A stretch of DNA of 35,424 nt, from the UHGV virus genome UHGV-0155082. One strand, 5' to 3'. Positions within the stretch are counted from its first letter, which is position 1, and the number at the start of each line of letters is the position of its first letter. Of this stretch, positions 26,502 through 35,424 are shown piece by piece. A program made the translations under genes and the position numbers. The DNA comes from a virus. Below the pieces are notes generated by a model. That model was not told the DNA's origin. It did not search any database and saw only the letters and a list, made by a program, of their open reading frames with translations.

Positions 26502-27512
26502 ATGAAAGAGAATAAAATACGTTCTGCCGATGGCGTGAGAGGTTTCGCTTTGATGATTGTTGTGGTGATGCATGCTACGGGACTATTCTTTCCCTCACTT
26601 CATGATCATCTCGGAGGTACGGGGCAGCCCGGTGTTTGGTTGTTTTTTGTTCTTAGCGCCTTTTTGTTGACACATAAATTTATTAATTCTGGTTTTTCGT
26701 TTTTGAATGTGTTGAGTTATCTTTTAGGGCGAACAATAAGGATATTACCGATTTTTTATATTGCAGTATTAATTTATTACCTTATGGGATTTTATGATTT
26801 AGAGAAAATGAAATCGATAATTTCATTTGATAGTACTTACATCCATCTCTGGACTATTCCGATAGAATTCAAGTTTTACTTTTTGTTGCCGATTGTGGTT
26901 TATCTCGCATCTAGTATCCAGAAAGTTGCAGGTAGAAAATATTCTTTGTTGTTTTTGATATTGTTAACCTTAGCGTTCGCTTTTATATACCCTTATACGG
27001 ATGACGAAATCAACGGTAGGCTACCGTATTACATTCCTGTTTTTATGTATGGAATTATAATTGCGTTTATGTATAACTATTTTCAAATTAAAATATCATC
27101 TCTCGTTAGTGATGGGGTGTCAATTGCGATTATATTAATATTTATAATGTTGACCCCTCCTTTTCAGGGGGCTAATGGTTGGCTGGGTAATAAATTTGTG
27201 GTATTAGGGCCATTTATTGCTCTCTTTGTATATCTGCAAGTAAATTCCAGTGGGTATGTAAGCGCGGTTTTATCTTCAAAAATCATGGCGGATTTGGGGA
27301 AATATAGTTTTTCAATTTATTTGTTTCATATAATGATAATTTTTATTGTTTATCCTAAATTTTTGGATAATGTTACTGCATACTTAGTTACTATAGCTTT
27401 ATGTATTGGCGGTGGGGCTATTGCCTATCATTGCATTGAATCTCCCTTGGAATCGTTCAGACATAAGCTTATGAAAAGAATAACGCAGGCTTATCAGAAT
27501 CAAAATATTTAA
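26502..27512 (+). CDS. Acyltransferase family 3 integral membrane protein (OafA/Oac-like, probable O-antigen/LPS acyltransferase)
   Basis: AT-rich ORF; the six-frame ORF begins at 26424 and the likely ATG is at 26502. N-terminal R-x-x-D-G-V-R-G-x-A...H motif (IRSADGVRGFALMIVVVMHATG) of the acyltransferase_3 family. About 10 hydrophobic segments. Located between G and FI. Confidence 0.75.
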   Translation: MKENKIRSADGVRGFALMIVVVMHATGLFFPSLHDHLGGTGQPGVWLFFVLSAFLLTHKFINSGFSFLNVLSYLLGRTIRILPIFYIAVLIYYLMGFYDLEKMKSIISFDSTYIHLWTIPIEFKFYFLLPIVVYLASSIQKVAGRKYSLLFLILLTLAFAFIYPYTDDEINGRLPYYIPVFMYGIIIAFMYNYFQIKISSLVSDGVSIAIILIFIMLTPPFQGANGWLGNKFVVLGPFIALFVYLQVNSSGYVSAVLSSKIMADLGKYSFSIYLFHIMIIFIVYPKFLDNVTAYLVTIALCIGGGAIAYHCIESPLESFRHKLMKRITQAYQNQNI

Positions 27513-27526
27513 GTAAAAGCAAAAAA

Positions 27527-27553
27527 GGCTCTCGTCAACCGACGAAGCCTTTT
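27527..27553 (+). terminator. Rho-independent terminator after the acyltransferase gene
   Basis: Hairpin ggctctcgtc-aacc-gacgaagcc followed by TTTT. Confidence 0.6.
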
Positions 27554-27646
27554 AAAACGAGTATTAATTCCCGTCCTGTAAAGTGCCCCCTATCCCAGAA
27601 CAACGTTTTTAGTTATCAACGCCGTTCCGAAAATTTCCTGCGACGT

Positions 27647-27664
27647 TGTGTGATTAACCGTACA
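27647..27664. promoter_or_regulatory. Ogr/Delta-type activator site (TGT-N12-ACA) of the FI late promoter
   Basis: TGTgtgattaaccgtACA, centred about 85 bp upstream of the FI start. Confidence 0.55.
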
Positions 27665-27740
27665 ACGCACATCAGCTGTCTGCATGGCGTAATCAATACA
27701 ACATAGGGCGAAGCCTAAACCAATCAGGAGGTTCGCCACT

Positions 27741-28913
27741 ATGGCTCAGGATTACCACCACGGGGTGCGCGTTGTTGAAGTCAACGAAGGCACCCGATCC
27801 ATTACCACGGTGAGCACCGCTATCGTGGGTATGGTCTGCACGGGCGATGATGCCGATGCAAAAATGTTTCCTCTTAATAAACCCGTGCTGATCACTGATG
27901 TGCTGACTGCCAGCGGTAAAGCGGGTGAGTCCGGTACTCTGGCCCGTTCGCTGGATGCCATCGCTGACCAGGCAAAACCCGTGACCGTTGTTGTGCGTGT
28001 GCCGCAGGGTGAAACGGAAGAAGAAACCACAACCAATATCATCGGTGCAGTGACCGCTGAAGGTAAAAAAACAGGCATGAAAGCCCTGTTATCTGCCCAG
28101 TCACAGCTCGGCGTTAAACCGCGCATTCTCGGCGTGCCGGGTCACGATAACAAAGCCGTAGCGACTGAGCTGCTGAGTGTGGCGCAAAGCCTGCGCGGGT
28201 TTGCTTACCTGTCGGCGTATGGCTGCAAAACAGTGGAAGAAGTGCTTACCTACCGCGAAAACTTCAGCCAGCGTGAAGGGATGCTGATCTGGCCGGATTT
28301 TATCAGCTGGGACACGGTGCTGAATGCCGAAGCAACGGCTTATGCCACCGCGCGTGCGCTTGGTCTGCGCGCCAAAATTGACGAGCAGACCGGATGGCAC
28401 AAAAGCCTGTCCAACGTGGGCGTGAACGGTGTCACCGGAATTTCTGCTGATGTGTTCTGGGATCTGCAGGACCCGGCAACAGATGCAGGTCTGCTGAACC
28501 AGAACGACGTCACCACGCTTGTGCGCAAAGACGGTTTCCGCTTCTGGGGGTCCCGCTGCTTGAGTGATGACCCACTCTTTGCCTTCGAAAACTACACCCG
28601 CACGGCGCAGGTGCTGATGGACACGATGGCAGAAGCGCATATGTGGGCGGTGGACAAACCGCTGAACTCGTCGCTGGCCCGCGACATTATCGAAGGTATC
28701 CGCGCCAAAATGCGCAGCCTGGTCAGTCAGGGCTATCTCATTGGTGGTGATTGCTGGCTGGACGAGTCGGTGAATGACAAAGACACTCTGAAAGCCGGAA
28801 AACTCACCATCGATTACGACTACACGCCAGTACCGCCACTTGAAAACCTGATGCTGCGCCAGCGCATCACCGATCAGTACCTGGTGAATTTCTCCAGCCA
28901 GGTCAGCGCGTAA
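27741..28913 (+). CDS. FI: Tail sheath protein (P2 gpFI-like)
   Basis: 390 aa (P2 FI is 396). Strong RBS AGGAGG. Followed by the tube gene. Confidence 0.9.
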   Translation: MAQDYHHGVRVVEVNEGTRSITTVSTAIVGMVCTGDDADAKMFPLNKPVLITDVLTASGKAGESGTLARSLDAIADQAKPVTVVVRVPQGETEEETTTNIIGAVTAEGKKTGMKALLSAQSQLGVKPRILGVPGHDNKAVATELLSVAQSLRGFAYLSAYGCKTVEEVLTYRENFSQREGMLIWPDFISWDTVLNAEATAYATARALGLRAKIDEQTGWHKSLSNVGVNGVTGISADVFWDLQDPATDAGLLNQNDVTTLVRKDGFRFWGSRCLSDDPLFAFENYTRTAQVLMDTMAEAHMWAVDKPLNSSLARDIIEGIRAKMRSLVSQGYLIGGDCWLDESVNDKDTLKAGKLTIDYDYTPVPPLENLMLRQRITDQYLVNFSSQVSA

Positions 28914-28922
28914 GGGGACAAC

Positions 28923-29438
28923 ATGGCTTTACCACGCAAATTAAAACACCTGAACCTGTTTAACGACGGGAACAATTGGCAGGGGATCGTTGAGTCGCTG
29001 ACGCTGCCGAAATTTACCCGCAAATATGAGAAGTATCGCGGCGGCGGAATGCCGGGTGCGGTGGATGTGGATCTGGGGCTGGATGACGGCGCACTGGATA
29101 CTGAATTTTCCATTGGCGGTACTGAGCTGCTGCTGTTTAAGCAGATGGGCAAAGCTACGGTGGATGGCATCCAGCTGCGCTTTACCGGCTCTATCCAGCG
29201 TGACGATACCGGGGAAGTGCAGGCCGTGGAGCTTGTGGTGCGTGGACGTCACAAAGAAGTGGATTCCGGCGAGTGGAAGACGGGCGAAAGCAACACCACC
29301 AAAGTGACCAGTACCAACAGCTACGCGAAGCTGACCATCAATGGTGAGGTGCTTTATGAAGTGGACCTTATCAACATGGTGGAAATTGTGAACGGTGTGG
29401 ACCTGATGGAAGCGCACCGCAACGCCCTCGGCCTCTGA
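28923..29438 (+). CDS. FII: Tail tube protein (P2 gpFII-like)
   Basis: 171 aa (P2 FII is 172). Position after the sheath gene. Confidence 0.85.
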   Translation: MALPRKLKHLNLFNDGNNWQGIVESLTLPKFTRKYEKYRGGGMPGAVDVDLGLDDGALDTEFSIGGTELLLFKQMGKATVDGIQLRFTGSIQRDDTGEVQAVELVVRGRHKEVDSGEWKTGESNTTKVTSTNSYAKLTINGEVLYEVDLINMVEIVNGVDLMEAHRNALGL

Positions 29439-29492
29439 TGTATCTGAACGGCGCGGGATTCCGCGCCAGAACCCAATTTACAGGACAACAAA

Positions 29493-29795
29493 ATGAGCGA
29501 TAAGCAGACTGAAAAGACCATTCAACTGGATACCCCCATCATGCGCGGTAAAACAGAAGTCACCGAAATTGTGCTGCGTAAACCGCAGTCTGGTGCGCTG
29601 CGCGGCACACGCCTGCAGGCCATTATGGATATGGATGTGAACGCGATGATGACCGTGATCCCCCGCATCTCCAGTCCGGCACTGACTGCACAGGAAATTG
29701 CAGAGATGGACCCGGCAGATCTCACTGCCATGTCGGTTGAGGTTGTCACTTTTTTGTTGAAGAAGTCGGTGCTTGCCGGTTTACCGACAGCCTGA
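29493..29795 (+). CDS. E: Tail assembly chaperone E (P2 gpE-like)
   Basis: 100 aa, upstream of the tape-measure gene. Contains the slippery heptamer T-TTT-TTG at 29750..29756 near its 3' end. Confidence 0.7.
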   Translation: MSDKQTEKTIQLDTPIMRGKTEVTEIVLRKPQSGALRGTRLQAIMDMDVNAMMTVIPRISSPALTAQEIAEMDPADLTAMSVEVVTFLLKKSVLAGLPTA

Positions 29796-29929
29796 CGGTT
29801 GACGATCTGGTGGCAGATATCGCCACCATCTTTCACTGGCCGCCATCCGTTACTGACGTTATGCCGCTGACCGAAGTGCTGGAATGGCGGTATAAAGCGA
29901 TTCAGAGAAGCGGGGCCAACGATGAGTGA
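29493..29929 (+). CDS. E+E' fusion produced by a programmed -1 ribosomal frameshift at TTTTTTG
   Basis: After a -1 slip at 29750..29756 the reading frame stays open to TGA at 29927..29929, adding about 57 residues (VEEVGACRFTDSLTVDDLVADIATIFHWPP...) and ending inside the T start region, as for P2 E/E'. Confidence 0.6.
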
Positions 29930-32900
29930 TAATAACCTGCGCCTGCAGGTCATTCTTAATGCGGTTGACAAACTCACCCGCCCATTCCGTGCTGCACAGG
30001 CCAGTTCGAAAGAGCTGGCTGGCGCAATTCAGAATACCCGAAACAGCCTCAAAGAACTGAATAAGCAGGCTGGCAGAATTGATGAATTTCGCAAGACGCG
30101 CTCGCAACTAGCCATAACAGCCAACAACCTGAACGCAGCCCGCGAAGAGGCGGCAAAACTCGCCACACAATTTGCTGCCACTAACAGGCCAACCGCCGCG
30201 CAGGCAAAGTTATTCAGTCAGGCCAAAACACGAGTACAGGAACTTCAGCAGACTTATAACGGCTTGTTGGGGGCGGTCCAGAGACAACGTCAGGCACTTA
30301 AAGAATCAGGGATTGATACCAGACAACTCAGTAGTGCCCAGCGAGAACTTAAAAAAAATGCTGAAGAAACAAGGCAGGCACTGGAGGGCCAGCAAAAAGC
30401 ACTTAAACGTCTGGGTGAACAACAGGCACGGATGAACGCTGCCAGAGAACAATACTCAAGACGGCTTGAAGTGCGCGATCGCATCGCAGGAGCCGGAGCC
30501 ACCACCACGGCTGCAGGGCTGGCAATGGGTGCACCAGTGATGGCGGCAGTAAAAAGCTATACCAGCATGGAAGATGCCATGAAAGGTGTGGCAAAGCAGG
30601 TCAATGGTCTGCGTGACGATAATGGCAACCGCACTGCGCGTTTTTACGAAATGCAGGATGCCATCAAGGCTGCCAGCGAACAGTTGCCGATGGAAAACGG
30701 TGCTGTGGACTTCGCTGCACTGGTTGAAGGTGGTGCGCGCATGAACGTCGCAAACCCTGACGACAGTTGGGAAGACCAGAAACGTGACCTGCTGGCCTTC
30801 GCCAGCACGGCAGCAAAGGCGGCAACAGCCTTTGAGCTACCAGCGGATGAACTGTCAGAAAGTCTGGGGAAAATCGCCCAGCTCTACAAAATCCCTACCC
30901 GCAATATTGAACAGCTCGGTGATGCGCTGAACTATCTGGATGATAACGCCATGTCGAAAGGGGCAGACATCATTGATGTCATGCAACGCCTGGGCGGTGT
31001 GGCTGATCGTCTGGATTATCGTAAAGCGGCGGCACTGGGTTCCACATTTCTGACACTGGGCGCTGCGCCGGAGGTTGCAGCCAGTGCAGCAAACGCGATG
31101 GTGCGTGAATTGTCCATTGCCACCATGCAAAGCAAGAGTTTCTTTGAAGGGATGAATCTGCTGAAACTCAATCCTGAAGTGATTGAAAAGCAGATGACGA
31201 AGGATGCGATGGGAACTATCCAGCGTGTGCTGGAGAAGGTGAACGCACTGCCGCAGGATAAGCGTCTGTCTGCCATGACCATGTTGTTTGGTAAAGAGTT
31301 TGGCGATGACGCGGCGAAACTGGCAAACAACCTGCCGGAACTACAGCGCCAGCTAAAACTGACTGCGGGCAATGATGCGCTCGGCTCCATGCAGAAAGAA
31401 TCCGACATCAACAAAGACTCACTTTCTGCTCAGTGGTTGCTGGTCAAAACCGGAGCACAGAACACCTTCAGCAGCCTGGGCGAAACGCTGCGCCAGCCGC
31501 TGATGGATATTCTGTACACGGTGAAAAGCGTCACGGGGGCGTTGCGTCGCTGGGTGGAAGCTAACCCGGAACTGACGGGCACTCTGATGAAAGTAGCCGC
31601 AGTGGTGGCTGCCGTTACCGTGGGCCTCGGCACCTTAGCGGTGGCGCTGGCTGCAGTGCTGGGGCCGCTGGCAGTCATCCGTCTGGGACTCTCTGTGCTG
31701 GGTATCAAAACGTTACCTTCCGTTACGGCAGCAGTAACCCGAACCAGCAACGCTTTGTCCTGGCTGGCAGGCGCACCACTGGCAGTGCTGCGACGCGGGC
31801 TTGCTTCAACGGGTAACGCAGCGGGTTTACTTACTGCGCCGTTATCGTCTTTGCGCCGTACGGCATCACTGACGGGAAATGTCCTGAAAACTGTAGCAGG
31901 TGCACCGGTTGCACTTTTGCGGTCTGGATTATCCGGTTTACGTGCGGTTGCTGTGATGTTTATGAATCCTCTGGCGGTACTGCGCGGTGGACTGACCGCC
32001 GCAGGTACGGTGCTGCGAGTACTGGCATCTGGTCCGCTGGCGATGCTGCGCGTTGCCCTGTATGCCATATCTGGTCTGTTAGGTGCTCTGCTCAGTCCGA
32101 TAGGTCTTGTGGTTACTGCACTGGCAGGCGTGGCGCTGGTTGTCTGGAAATACTGGCAACCCATCATCGCATTTCTCGGTGGCGTGGTGGAAGGATTCAA
32201 AGCGGCGGCAGGTCCCGTCAGTGCAGCATTCGAACCACTTAAGCCTGTGTTTCAGTGGATTGGCGACAAAGTGCAGGCGCTGTGGGGCTGGTTTACTGAT
32301 CTGCTGACACCCGTTAAGTCGACCTCTGCCGAACTGCAGAGCGCAGCGGCAATGGGGCGGAGATTCGGGGAGGCACTGGCGGAAGGACTGAATATGGTCA
32401 TGCATCCGCTGGACTCCCTGAAATCCGGCGTATCCTGGTTGCTGGAAAAACTCGGCATTGTCAGTAAAGAGGCCGCAAAGGCAAAACTGCCGGAACGCGT
32501 GACGCGTCAGCAACCTGCGACGGTGAATGCAGACGGCAAAGTGATGATGCCATCGGGTGGTTTTCCGTCATGGGGATATGGCTTTGCGGGGATGTATGAC
32601 AGCGGCGGCTATATCCCGCGCGGGCAGTTTGGCATCGTCGGTGAAAACGGGCCGGAAATTGTTAACGGCCCGGCAAATGTGACCAGCCGGAAAAATACCG
32701 CTGCACTGGCTGCCGTTGTTGCCGGAATGATGGGCGTTGCTGCCGCGCCTGCAGAGCTTCCACCGTTACATCCTTTGGCACTTCCCGCGAAAGGCGGCGA
32801 AGCGATGGTGAGTCGTGCAGCCACTGTGCCGCCCGTTCAACGGATTGAGGCACCGACGCAGATCATAATTCAGACGCAGCCAGGACAAAGTGCGCAGGAT

Positions 32901-32999
32901 ATTGCGCGGGAGGTGGCCCGCCAGCTTGATGAACGTGAACGCAGGCTGAAGGCAAAAGCCAGGAGTAACTACAGCGATCAGGGGGGATACGACGCATGA
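29922..32999 (+). CDS. T: Tail tape measure protein (P2 gpT-like)
   Basis: 1025 aa. Alpha-helical, Ala/Gln/Leu-rich N-terminal half. Internal degenerate repeats (PLAVLRRGL..., PVALLRSGL..., PLAVLRGGL..., PLAMLRVAL...). Position between E/E' and U. Confidence 0.85.
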   Translation: MSDNNLRLQVILNAVDKLTRPFRAAQASSKELAGAIQNTRNSLKELNKQAGRIDEFRKTRSQLAITANNLNAAREEAAKLATQFAATNRPTAAQAKLFSQAKTRVQELQQTYNGLLGAVQRQRQALKESGIDTRQLSSAQRELKKNAEETRQALEGQQKALKRLGEQQARMNAAREQYSRRLEVRDRIAGAGATTTAAGLAMGAPVMAAVKSYTSMEDAMKGVAKQVNGLRDDNGNRTARFYEMQDAIKAASEQLPMENGAVDFAALVEGGARMNVANPDDSWEDQKRDLLAFASTAAKAATAFELPADELSESLGKIAQLYKIPTRNIEQLGDALNYLDDNAMSKGADIIDVMQRLGGVADRLDYRKAAALGSTFLTLGAAPEVAASAANAMVRELSIATMQSKSFFEGMNLLKLNPEVIEKQMTKDAMGTIQRVLEKVNALPQDKRLSAMTMLFGKEFGDDAAKLANNLPELQRQLKLTAGNDALGSMQKESDINKDSLSAQWLLVKTGAQNTFSSLGETLRQPLMDILYTVKSVTGALRRWVEANPELTGTLMKVAAVVAAVTVGLGTLAVALAAVLGPLAVIRLGLSVLGIKTLPSVTAAVTRTSNALSWLAGAPLAVLRRGLASTGNAAGLLTAPLSSLRRTASLTGNVLKTVAGAPVALLRSGLSGLRAVAVMFMNPLAVLRGGLTAAGTVLRVLASGPLAMLRVALYAISGLLGALLSPIGLVVTALAGVALVVWKYWQPIIAFLGGVVEGFKAAAGPVSAAFEPLKPVFQWIGDKVQALWGWFTDLLTPVKSTSAELQSAAAMGRRFGEALAEGLNMVMHPLDSLKSGVSWLLEKLGIVSKEAAKAKLPERVTRQQPATVNADGKVMMPSGGFPSWGYGFAGMYDSGGYIPRGQFGIVGENGPEIVNGPANVTSRKNTAALAAVVAGMMGVAAAPAELPPLHPLALPAKGGEAMVSRAATVPPVQRIEAPTQIIIQTQPGQSAQDIAREVARQLDERERRLKAKARSNYSDQGGYDA

Positions 33000-33481
33000 T
33001 GATGGTGCTGGGATTGTACGTGTTTATGCTGCGCACCGTGCCGTATCAGGAACTGCAGTATCAACGCAGCTGGCGACATGCGGCAAACAGCAGGGTAAAC
33101 CGTCGTCCGTCCACGCAGTTTCTGGGACCGGAAAACGACATGCTGACGCTTTCCGGTGTTCTTATGCCGGAGATAACAGGCGGCAGGCTGTCGTTGCTGG
33201 CACTGGAGCAGATGGCAGAACAGGGGAAAGCATGGCCCCTGATTGAAGGAAGCGGCACGATTTACGGCATGTATGTGATTGAGGGACTGAATCAGACTAA
33301 AACGGAGTTTTTCCGCGACGGTATGCCGCGCCGGATTGAGTTCACCCTGTCGCTAAAACGGGTGGATGAATCCCTGTCCGATATGTTCGGTGATCTCAGT
33401 GCGCAACTGAATAATCTGCAGGAAACGGCAACATCTGCTTTAAGCGATATCAGTAAAACGGTGGGAGGGCTGCTGTCGTGA
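32996..33481 (+). CDS. U: Tail protein U (P2 gpU-like)
   Basis: 161 aa (P2 U is 159). Start overlaps the T stop. Confidence 0.8.
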   Translation: MMMVLGLYVFMLRTVPYQELQYQRSWRHAANSRVNRRPSTQFLGPENDMLTLSGVLMPEITGGRLSLLALEQMAEQGKAWPLIEGSGTIYGMYVIEGLNQTKTEFFRDGMPRRIEFTLSLKRVDESLSDMFGDLSAQLNNLQETATSALSDISKTVGGLLS

Positions 33482-34578
33482 ATTTCAGCTCTGAGCTGCT
33501 TAACAAAGGCAACAAAACTCCGGCATTCAGCATCAGTATTGAAGGCAGGGATATCACCACTGGGCTGGATAACCGCCTGATGAGTCTGACGCTGACGGAC
33601 AATCGGGGCTTTGAAGCGGACCAGCTTGATCTGGAGCTGGACGACGCTGACGGAAAAATCGTGCTGCCGCGCCGTGGTGCGGTCATTACGCTGGCGCTGG
33701 GCTGGAAGGGGCAGCCGCTTTTCCCGAAAGGGGCATTCACGGTGGACGAGATTGAACACACTGGCGCACCGGATCGCCTGACTATCCGGGCGCGAAGTGC
33801 TGATTTTAGGGAAACGCTGAATACCCGCCGTGAAAAATCGTGGCACAAGACCACCGTCGGGGAAGTGGTGAAGGAAATAGCCGCACGGCACAAGCTGAAG
33901 ATGGCACTGGGTGAAGACCTGTCGGATAAGCCAGTGGATCATATAGACCAGACCAATGAGAGTGACGGCAGTTTTCTGATGCGGCTGGCGCGCCAGTACG
34001 GTGCTATTGCGTCGGTGAAAAATGGCAATCTGTTATTCATCCGGCAGGGACAGGGCAAAAGCGCCAGCGGTAAACCTCTGTCGGTGATCACTATCACACG
34101 TAAGGACGGCGACAGTCACCGCTTTACCCTTGCAGATCGCGGAGCCTATACGGGCGTAATTGCCAGCTGGTTGCATACCCGCGAACCCGCGAAGAAAGAA
34201 AGCACCACGGTGAAGCGTAAGCGCAGGACTAAGAAGCAGAAGAAAGAGCCGGAAGCGAAGCAGGGCGATTACCTGGTAGGTACGGATGAAAACGTGCTGG
34301 TACTTAATCGCACTTATGCCAACCGGAGCAACGCTGAACGGGCAGCGAAAATGCAGTGGGAACGCCTGCAACGCGGCGTTGCGTCATTCTCGCTACAACT
34401 GGCGGAAGGGCGGGCAGATCTCTACACGGAAATGCCAGTGAAAGTCAGTGGCTTTAAACAGCCGATAGATGATGCGGAATGGACTATTACAACTCTGACA
34501 CATACCGTCAGCCCGGATAACGGTTTTACGACCAGTCTGGAGCTTGAAGTGAAGATTAATGATCTTGAAATGGAATAA
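33478..34578 (+). CDS. D: Tail protein D (P2 gpD-like)
   Basis: 366 aa. Start overlaps the U stop. Last gene of the tail operon before ogr. Confidence 0.8.
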   Translation: MNFSSELLNKGNKTPAFSISIEGRDITTGLDNRLMSLTLTDNRGFEADQLDLELDDADGKIVLPRRGAVITLALGWKGQPLFPKGAFTVDEIEHTGAPDRLTIRARSADFRETLNTRREKSWHKTTVGEVVKEIAARHKLKMALGEDLSDKPVDHIDQTNESDGSFLMRLARQYGAIASVKNGNLLFIRQGQGKSASGKPLSVITITRKDGDSHRFTLADRGAYTGVIASWLHTREPAKKESTTVKRKRRTKKQKKEPEAKQGDYLVGTDENVLVLNRTYANRSNAERAAKMQWERLQRGVASFSLQLAEGRADLYTEMPVKVSGFKQPIDDAEWTITTLTHTVSPDNGFTTSLELEVKINDLEME

Positions 34579-34649
34579 ATGGTTCTCAATATTGATATTT
34601 TGTGTATCATTGCAATGATTCTGATAGCAAAGGTAGGGGTCTGGATATG

Positions 34650-34865
34650 ATGAATTGTCCAAAGTGTGGTCATGCGGCGCACACAAGGAGCAGTTTTCAA
34701 GTAACAGAAAGCACCAAAGAGCGTTACTGCCAGTGCCAAAATATTAACTGCGGGAGCACTTTTGTTACCCATGAAACAGTGGTCCGGTTTATTGTGACAC
34801 CTGCATTGATTGCTACAGCCCCTCCACATCCATTGCCAGGTGGTCAGGGGCATATGAATTTTTAA
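34650..34865 (+). CDS. ogr: Late gene transcriptional activator, Ogr/Delta zinc-finger family
   Basis: MNCPKCGHAAHTRSS...ERYCQCQNINCGSTF gives the C-x2-C-x22-C-x4-C zinc finger and ...HPLPGGQ tail characteristic of P2 Ogr. The six-frame ORF begins at 34602; ATGs at 34647 and 34650. Confidence 0.85.
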   Translation: MNCPKCGHAAHTRSSFQVTESTKERYCQCQNINCGSTFVTHETVVRFIVTPALIATAPPHPLPGGQGHMNF

Positions 34866-34872
34866 GAAAGAG

Positions 34873-34894
34873 AACCTGCTACGGCAGGTTTTTA
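34873..34894. terminator. Bidirectional rho-independent terminator between ogr and the convergent BRCT-domain gene
   Basis: Hairpin aacctgc-tacg-gcaggtt followed by TTTTTATT on the plus strand; T-rich on the other strand as well. Confidence 0.65.
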
Positions 34895-35374
34895 TTCATC
34901 TGGGATCTCACCCGTTTCAAGAAAATGTATAAAGCCAGGCTCATCTATGATGATTGTGCCTTTCATCCTGGCTGCCGATACTTTTGATGGGCCTGCATTG
35001 TAACCGCAACAGAGCATCTGAAGGCTTTGGGTTACAGAGGTTCTTACCGTTAATCCTTGGTCATTCGCCTTATCAACCAATCTTTCTTTATCTGCTTTCT
35101 TAAATCCGGTGAAACACACATCGAATGTATTTTTTTTCGGACCTGACTGCTTAGTGAGATGTGAGTAGTTTTCGGGGAGGAATGACGCGCATTCCTGAAT
35201 GGCTTGTTCTGGTGAATCGTACTGTTTAAGAATGCGGTCTTTTCGGAAGGTTTTTATTCGATCGGTGTTTTTACAAATGCCCTGTATATGATTTTCGCTA
35301 TAACTGATGCTCTGTATAGAGTGAACACCGATACGACCATTTGCATTGATGTAAACAAAGTGAAGTTCTTCCAT
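34892..35374 (-). CDS. Small BRCT-domain protein (160 aa), function unknown
   Basis: The C-terminal 80 aa (FDVCFTGFKKADKERLVDKANDQGLTVRTSVTQSLQMLCCGYNAGPSKVSAARMKGTIIIDEPGFIHFL) align by eye to the NAD-ligase BRCT domain pattern (TG...R..a......G..v..SV...t..lv.G..aGsK..kA...G..iI.E..f). N-terminal 70 aa unassigned. Confidence 0.5.
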   Translation of the reverse strand: MEELHFVYINANGRIGVHSIQSISYSENHIQGICKNTDRIKTFRKDRILKQYDSPEQAIQECASFLPENYSHLTKQSGPKKNTFDVCFTGFKKADKERLVDKANDQGLTVRTSVTQSLQMLCCGYNAGPSKVSAARMKGTIIIDEPGFIHFLETGEIPDE

Positions 35375-35424
35375 GTGAAACCTCTTTGCATGATTTCAAG
35401 ATGGCGACAGGCAAGATGGACGCA

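Larger units (their letters stand above)
1592..34865. mobile_element. P2/186-like prophage, minimum extent from int to ogr; true att boundaries not identified
   Basis: Complete syntenic P2-type gene set (int, C, cox, A, Q, P, O, N, M, L, X, lysis, R, S, V, W, J, I, H, G, FI, FII, E, T, U, D, ogr) recognised from the ORF translations and their order. Confidence 0.85.

Noticed and set aside
28101-28640. 179-aa minus-strand ORF inside tail sheath gene FI
   Set aside because: Embedded antisense ORF. The FI reading frame is clearly the real gene.
31430-32200. 256-aa minus-strand ORF inside the tape-measure gene
   Set aside because: Lies antisense within the repetitive, GC-rich part of T. Low-complexity Ala/Thr/Pro/Ser-rich translation. 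No independent support.
33292-33942. 216-aa minus-strand ORF spanning the U/D junction
   Set aside because: Antisense to two syntenic tail genes. No RBS.
1-35424. CRISPR arrays or tRNA genes (possible att targets)
   Set aside because: No regularly spaced direct repeats and no tRNA-like structure were noticed by eye. Absence is not proven without a dedicated scan.

Overview
The window is almost entirely one P2/186-family temperate myovirus prophage of an enterobacterial-type host, in prophage gene order. From left to right: tyrosine integrase and a 186-type CI repressor (minus strand), a divergent early operon (Apl/Cox-like, CII-like, small ORFs, DksA/TraR zinc finger, Dam methylase, replication initiator A), an SOS-box-controlled small ORF plus DinI-like gene, an accessory region where P2 carries tin/old, then portal Q and terminase P (minus strand), the O-N-M-L-X capsid genes, a lysis cassette, R and S, the V-W-J-I-H-G baseplate and tail fibre operon, the FI-FII-E/E'-T-U-D tail operon and ogr. 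Against this conserved backbone there are at least five visibly AT-rich or atypical cargo loci: (1) a 509-aa protein of unknown function coupled to the 3' end of int; (2) a 71-aa plus 280-aa membrane-protein operon and a 181-aa membrane protein between A and Q; (3) an ABC-type ATPase plus HNH nuclease pair (Septu-like) between S and the V late promoter; (4) an acyltransferase-3 membrane protein between G and FI; (5) a small BRCT-domain protein convergent with ogr. These are the best candidates for anti-phage or lysogenic-conversion functions, and loci 1 and 2 have no family I can name. All assignments rest on reading motifs and synteny by eye; no database search, HMM or GC computation was run. 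The att sites were not identified, and cos only tentatively.
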